A stretch of DNA of 57,133 nt, taken from NCBI GenBank assembly GCA_034189315.1, contig JAXHVC010000003.1, positions 1 through 57,133 of the forward strand, read 5' to 3'. The number at the start of each line of letters is the position of its first letter. Position 1 is the stretch's first letter. The notes under the pieces were generated by a model. It worked only from the letters and a program-made list of their open reading frames with translations. It searched no databases and had not been told where the DNA came from. Source of the stretch: Chloroflexota bacterium. Its GTDB lineage: Bacteria > Chloroflexota > Dehalococcoidia > UBA2247 > JAXHVC01. Shown one piece after another: positions 53,286-57,133 of this stretch. A program made the position numbers and the translations under genes.

Positions 53286-53957
53286 TCACACTCGGTTTTG
53301 TTCAGACAAGCCCTTGGGAACAATATGTCTTTCCACTCTGCTTAGACCAATCTCAATACCTATGGCTAATAAGGCCGCCAAGATGGCACCTGTATACAAA
53401 TATGTGGGATTCATCAGGGAAAGGCCCATATCGATTAGATCACCCAAACCACCAGCACCAATAAAGGTAGCAAGGGTGGCCACACCAACAGCAATCACCA
53501 TAGAGGTACGTATACCTGCCAGGATTACATGGCCAGCCAAGGGGAGCTCTAGACGAGTTAGTATTTGCCAACCGCTCATACCCATCCCACGAGCAGCCTC
53601 GATCGCCGCAGGATCGACTTCCCGTATTCCAACATACGTGTTGCGAGTAATTGGTAATAGGATATAGATAAGGATAGCAAAGAACGCCGGTCTGAAACCA
53701 ATGCCAAGAAGGGGCATCATGAGGCTAAGAATAGCCAAGCTAGGCACCACCTGACCCACATTACAAGGAACCATCACCGGCTGTCTCAAACATTGGAAGC
53801 TGGGTCTGGTGATAAGGATACCCAGACTAACGCCTCCAAAGGTTGCCACCCCGGTTGCCAATATAACCAAGGTTAGATGTTGCCACACCATGTGTATTAA
53901 CTCTTCCTGGTTAGACCACACATAATTCCAGAGGTCGATCCAATCCACACCACTCAT
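53286..53957 (-). CDS. osmoprotectant ABC transporter permease (OpuCB/CD-like)
   Basis: Polytopic, with the EAA-type loop AAIEAARGMGMSGWQILTRLELPLA. Paralog of the 55127..55768 gene. Confidence 0.85.
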   Translation of the reverse strand: MSGVDWIDLWNYVWSNQEELIHMVWQHLTLVILATGVATFGGVSLGILITRPSFQCLRQPVMVPCNVGQVVPSLAILSLMMPLLGIGFRPAFFAILIYILLPITRNTYVGIREVDPAAIEAARGMGMSGWQILTRLELPLAGHVILAGIRTSMVIAVGVATLATFIGAGGLGDLIDMGLSLMNPTYLYTGAILAALLAIGIEIGLSRVERHIVPKGLSEQNRV

Positions 53958-53964
53958 AAGTAGG

Positions 53965-55083
53965 CTATAGGTGCTCCTTACTATCCTTTAGTATCTGTTG
54001 ACAAGTGAAAAACGTAATCTCACCTTTGAGTTGTTTCTGATCGTCAATCACCACAAGACGACTCAATCCAGTATTTAACATCTTGGATAATGCATCTCTA
54101 ACCCTCATAGAACCATTAACAGCTATCTCCTCTGTATCCCTTATTCTTATGACATCGGCAATTCGCAAGTCTTCCGACCTATCAACCGAAAGGTCTAACC
54201 AACCCCGAGGTAGTCCGTTCTCATCTACAACAGCAACACTCGTTTGCGAGGCTCCTTCTACAACCCTACCAAGGTCGCCTATAGTATCTTTAAGGCCAAC
54301 CGTCAAGACACCTGTCTCCATAATTTCATCCACGCTGATAAGCGCAAGCCTCTTTATGGCACTATCCGCTCCAATGAAATCCCTGACAAAATCGTTGATG
54401 GGATGAGCAAGCAGCTCCTGGGGAGTATCGCATTGAACTAGCTCCCCTTCCTTCAGCAAGGCAATACGATCTCCCATCTTGAGAGCTTCATCCATATCGT
54501 GTGTGACAAAGGCTATAGTCTTCTTCAGTTTCTGCTGAATCTTGAGAAACTCATCCTGCAAACGTGTCCTAGTGATGGGATCAATGGCGCCAAACGGTTC
54601 ATCCATAAGGAGAATCGGAGGGTCCGCCCCCAGGGCCCGGGCTACCCCCACCCTTTGCCGCTGACCTCCACTTAGCTGATTTGGGTATTTGTCTCTGAAC
54701 TCAGCGGGATCTAAACCTACGAGAACGAGCAACTCTTCTACCCGTTGACGAATCCTACTCTTGGGATACTTCTTGAGTGAAGGAACAATCCCTATATTGC
54801 CCTCCACGGTAAGATGCGGGAAGAGTCCGATCTCCTGGATAGCATAGCCGATATTTCGCCTGAGTTCTTGCGGATTCATTTGGCTAATATCTTGGCCATC
54901 GATTAGTATGCGCCCGCGCGTGGGTTCAATGAGCCTGTTGATCATCTTGAGCAAGGTGGTCTTACCGCATCCTGAAGGCCCAATCAAAATACACACCTCA
55001 CCATCAGGAATGGTGAAGCTTACCGCCTTTACCGCTTGCACATTACCATGGTATACCTTGGTCACGTTTTCCATCACAATCAC
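53965..55083 (-). CDS. osmoprotectant ABC transporter ATP-binding protein with a C-terminal CBS pair (OpuCA/OpuBA-like)
   Basis: Walker A GPSGCGKTT, signature LSGGQRQRVGVARAL, Walker B ILLMDEPFGAID. The C-terminal ~130 aa form a tandem CBS-like region. GTG start. Confidence 0.9.
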   Translation of the reverse strand: MIVMENVTKVYHGNVQAVKAVSFTIPDGEVCILIGPSGCGKTTLLKMINRLIEPTRGRILIDGQDISQMNPQELRRNIGYAIQEIGLFPHLTVEGNIGIVPSLKKYPKSRIRQRVEELLVLVGLDPAEFRDKYPNQLSGGQRQRVGVARALGADPPILLMDEPFGAIDPITRTRLQDEFLKIQQKLKKTIAFVTHDMDEALKMGDRIALLKEGELVQCDTPQELLAHPINDFVRDFIGADSAIKRLALISVDEIMETGVLTVGLKDTIGDLGRVVEGASQTSVAVVDENGLPRGWLDLSVDRSEDLRIADVIRIRDTEEIAVNGSMRVRDALSKMLNTGLSRLVVIDDQKQLKGEITFFTCQQILKDSKEHL

Positions 55084-55126
55084 TGTTCGATTGATCTCCC
55101 ACTAGGAACATTCAAAAAGTCCCCCT

Positions 55127-55768
55127 TTATCTCCGTTCTCGAATACCCTTAGGAACCAGGGCTCGTTCCATACCACTCATAAGTAAGTCACAGGAAATAG
55201 CTAGGATACTAACGGTCAAAGCCCCTGCGATAATCTTTTCGTCATGCAGTTGATACATACCCCACAGTATGTACTCGCCCAAGCCTCCAGCGCCTATATA
55301 GGCAGCGATCGCCGCAATACCAATCATCAGGATCACCGCAGTTCTCACGCCTGCAATGATGACCGGCAAGGCTAGAGGCAGCTGGACCCTCATCATTATT
55401 TGTAGGTCTGTCATCCCCATACCCTGTCCAGCCTCGATAGTCGACTCATCAACGTTTTTAACAGCAACATAGGTATTCTGCACTATTGGTAGCAGGGCAT
55501 ACAAGGTCAATGCCATCCATGCAGGCTCCAATCCAATACCCAGGAAAGGGATCATCAGGGCAAACATGGCTAGGCTAGGTATGGTCATAATCACACCAAG
55601 TATGGATAGTACCACAGCAGCGATACGATCATGCCGACTGATGAAAAGGCCAATTGTGATACCAATAACAAGGGAAGCTAGAAGGGAGACACCAACTATA
55701 TGCAGGTGCTCCCACACAAGGTTCAGTAGCGTATCGGCATTACTAGTTATGAAGTCTATCCAACTCAA
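55127..55768 (-). CDS. osmoprotectant ABC transporter permease (OpuCB/CD-like)
   Basis: Polytopic, with the EAA-type loop STIEAGQGMGMTDLQIMMRVQLPLA. TTG start. First gene of the operon. Confidence 0.85.
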   Translation of the reverse strand: MSWIDFITSNADTLLNLVWEHLHIVGVSLLASLVIGITIGLFISRHDRIAAVVLSILGVIMTIPSLAMFALMIPFLGIGLEPAWMALTLYALLPIVQNTYVAVKNVDESTIEAGQGMGMTDLQIMMRVQLPLALPVIIAGVRTAVILMIGIAAIAAYIGAGGLGEYILWGMYQLHDEKIIAGALTVSILAISCDLLMSGMERALVPKGIRERR

Positions 55769-55870
55769 CAGACACCCTTAGTTATCTACACAGGGTAATA
55801 ATACAAGTCATCAGTCTGGATAACCATGTCACCACTAGAAGGACGGCACGGAGATCTCCTAGTTGATAAC

Positions 55871-55902
55871 GAGATTGCTTAACCTACGGTTCGCAATTAC
55901 AT
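55871..55902 (+). repeat. second copy of the REP-like right arm
   Basis: gagattgcttaacctacggttcgcaattacat versus gagattgcttcaccttcggttcgcaatgacat at 52045-52076 (4 mismatches, same orientation). Confidence 0.55.
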
Positions 55903-56439
55903 GATAGAGTAACTTGGCGGTTTATATTGTGAACCAGACTGGATGCGAATGATTGCACAGATCATAGCATGGTAGGACCTGATGAAATCAACCCTTGAAT
56001 ATTCATTCGGGATTGGCCCAATCACCTCACTGGTTTATGATGCCAGGACATCGCAAATCTCGAGGGGTGATAAATTACGATCACTTTCTAGAAGGTACAA
56101 CTACGACATTGAGTGAATCCCATCCTGGACCAGTACAAGGTGGGAGTTCACCCAATGACAGAAAGTGGATGAACTGTCATATCGCTGGTTTTATTCCAAC
56201 CCCCGTAGTACGATATATCAGAAGCCGTTATGCAAAATACCTATCAACTCAGAAGAAGGGCTTTGGACAAACAAAACACCCCACCAGAGACATTCTATCC
56301 GTAGTTATTCAGATGCATTTTTAATGAATTCAGCATCAACTCTGGAACAACTGGTGCCCCAAAAACAGGACCTGCCATCACGATCACCTCCTATTGGGAT
56401 ACAAGATAAGATCGTCTATTAAGTATGTCATTTATATTA

Positions 56440-57009
56440 TCAGCATCCCAGCTTATGTAGCTCCTCATCAATCAACGGCATAGCCTTGGCCATCGCCATT
56501 TCCCTTAAGTCTCCTCTCTCCCGCACCGGATCTACGCTGGTGATGAAATCCCTAGCCCACGCAATAGGATTGGTAGCAGACGCATTCACCAGTTTTAACC
56601 GTCCATCCCCAATCGCACGTGTAGTGATTTGCATACTGGCCGTCCCAACAAATATCTCCTTCATAATATCCAATTGACCACCTATACCAGGTAGCACATT
56701 ATGGTCCTCATCCGCTGGTAATCTGAGCAACATCACCTTGGGGGCTGGCACGATTTCTACCACCCACATACTTAGTCCTTCGGTATAGAACGCGAGCTTC
56801 TTCCCGATCAACGATGAGAGCTCCCTCTCAACAGAATGCTTCACTCGTGAGCTCGATACGATTTCCATAAATATGCCCTCAAGCATTGTGGCCATGAAGT
56901 TTACAAATACAGGTTCTGATACCTTCTTTTCTCTAACCTTTTCAAAACCATTCCTCACTCGATCAGCGATATCAGGAGGAAGAGTAGGAAATATCGGGAC
57001 AATGTCCAT
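56440..57009 (-). CDS. hypothetical protein (possible SCP2-like fold; weak)
   Basis: GGAGGTG SD lies 4 nt before ATG 57009 (MDIVPIFPTL). Coding-like composition. The segment GGQLDIMKEIFVGTASMQITTRAIGDGRLKLV vaguely resembles the SCP2 C-terminal pattern. There is no firm family assignment. Confidence 0.55.
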   Translation of the reverse strand: MDIVPIFPTLPPDIADRVRNGFEKVREKKVSEPVFVNFMATMLEGIFMEIVSSSRVKHSVERELSSLIGKKLAFYTEGLSMWVVEIVPAPKVMLLRLPADEDHNVLPGIGGQLDIMKEIFVGTASMQITTRAIGDGRLKLVNASATNPIAWARDFITSVDPVRERGDLREMAMAKAMPLIDEELHKLGC

Positions 57010-57133
57010 TAGACACCTCCGAATTCTTGTCTGCATTCATAGCAGACATTAACTACAGAGAATTCACGCCTATGCAGAAGAGAGATAGAGGGTTAGAAAT
57101 CGAGTAAACACTGCTAGGGCTTTCTTGTCCGAG

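Noticed and set aside
52003-53667. ORFs 52003..52536(+), 52085..52435(+) and 52876..53667(+)
   Set aside because: They are antisense to the Opu substrate-binding and permease genes. The first starts inside the palindromic REP-like element (MRGAKATWQS...EIASPSVRND is a known type of repeat-derived pseudo-peptide).
55995-56422. ORFs 55995..56324 and 56165..56422 in the 670-bp spacer after the opu operon
   Set aside because: They have no SD, no family and overlap each other. Six-frame reading by eye showed no transposase or other recognisable remnant.

Overview
57.1-kb bacterial chromosomal window. Genes are Shine-Dalgarno-led, ProRS is the bacterial type with an insertion domain, and both tRNAs encode CCA. 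GC looks moderate by eye. The gene content would fit a Chloroflexota/Dehalococcoidia-like monoderm, but that placement is inference only. About 45 genes are supportable. (a) 1-16.4 kb is rich in surface proteins. It holds a 1763-aa Asp-box/BNR protein with an internal duplication and a C-terminal membrane anchor, a leucine-rich-repeat (LRR) protein, an EpsI-like protein and a small protein with a PEP-CTERM-like tail. Interspersed are a J-domain protein, a DUF4125-like protein, a tandem USP and a GNAT-fused ADP-forming acyl-CoA synthetase. (b) 16.9-26.7 kb is housekeeping: FMN oxidoreductase, tRNA-Glu, proS, cysS, a DUF2079/PA14 membrane protein, mtaB, tRNA-Ala and ridA. (c) 26.9-29.3 kb is an ABC-2 exporter pair flanked by repeats and a decayed REP-associated tyrosine transposase (RAYT) gene. 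(d) 29.4-37.0 kb is the most interesting locus. Two tandem cobalamin-riboswitch-like leaders, each with its own terminator, precede a six-gene operon. The operon encodes a secreted alpha/alpha-toroid + DUF4430 (transcobalamin-like) protein, a small anchored protein, a DUF4430 lipoprotein, EcfT, a fused EcfA-A' ATPase and an S-component-like protein. I read this as a candidate corrinoid capture and import system. (e) 38.5-48.7 kb is one co-directional block of four receiver-containing PAS histidine kinases and three single-domain receivers, ending in an orphan PilB/GspE-type ATPase. (f) 49.3-57.0 kb holds a cupin, an enoyl-CoA hydratase, an RDD protein, a transposase fragment, a four-gene Opu-type osmoprotectant ABC importer flanked by REP-like repeats, and a hypothetical gene. 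I saw no CRISPR array, rRNA or intact mobile element. All family assignments come from motif recognition by eye and need HMM or covariance-model confirmation.
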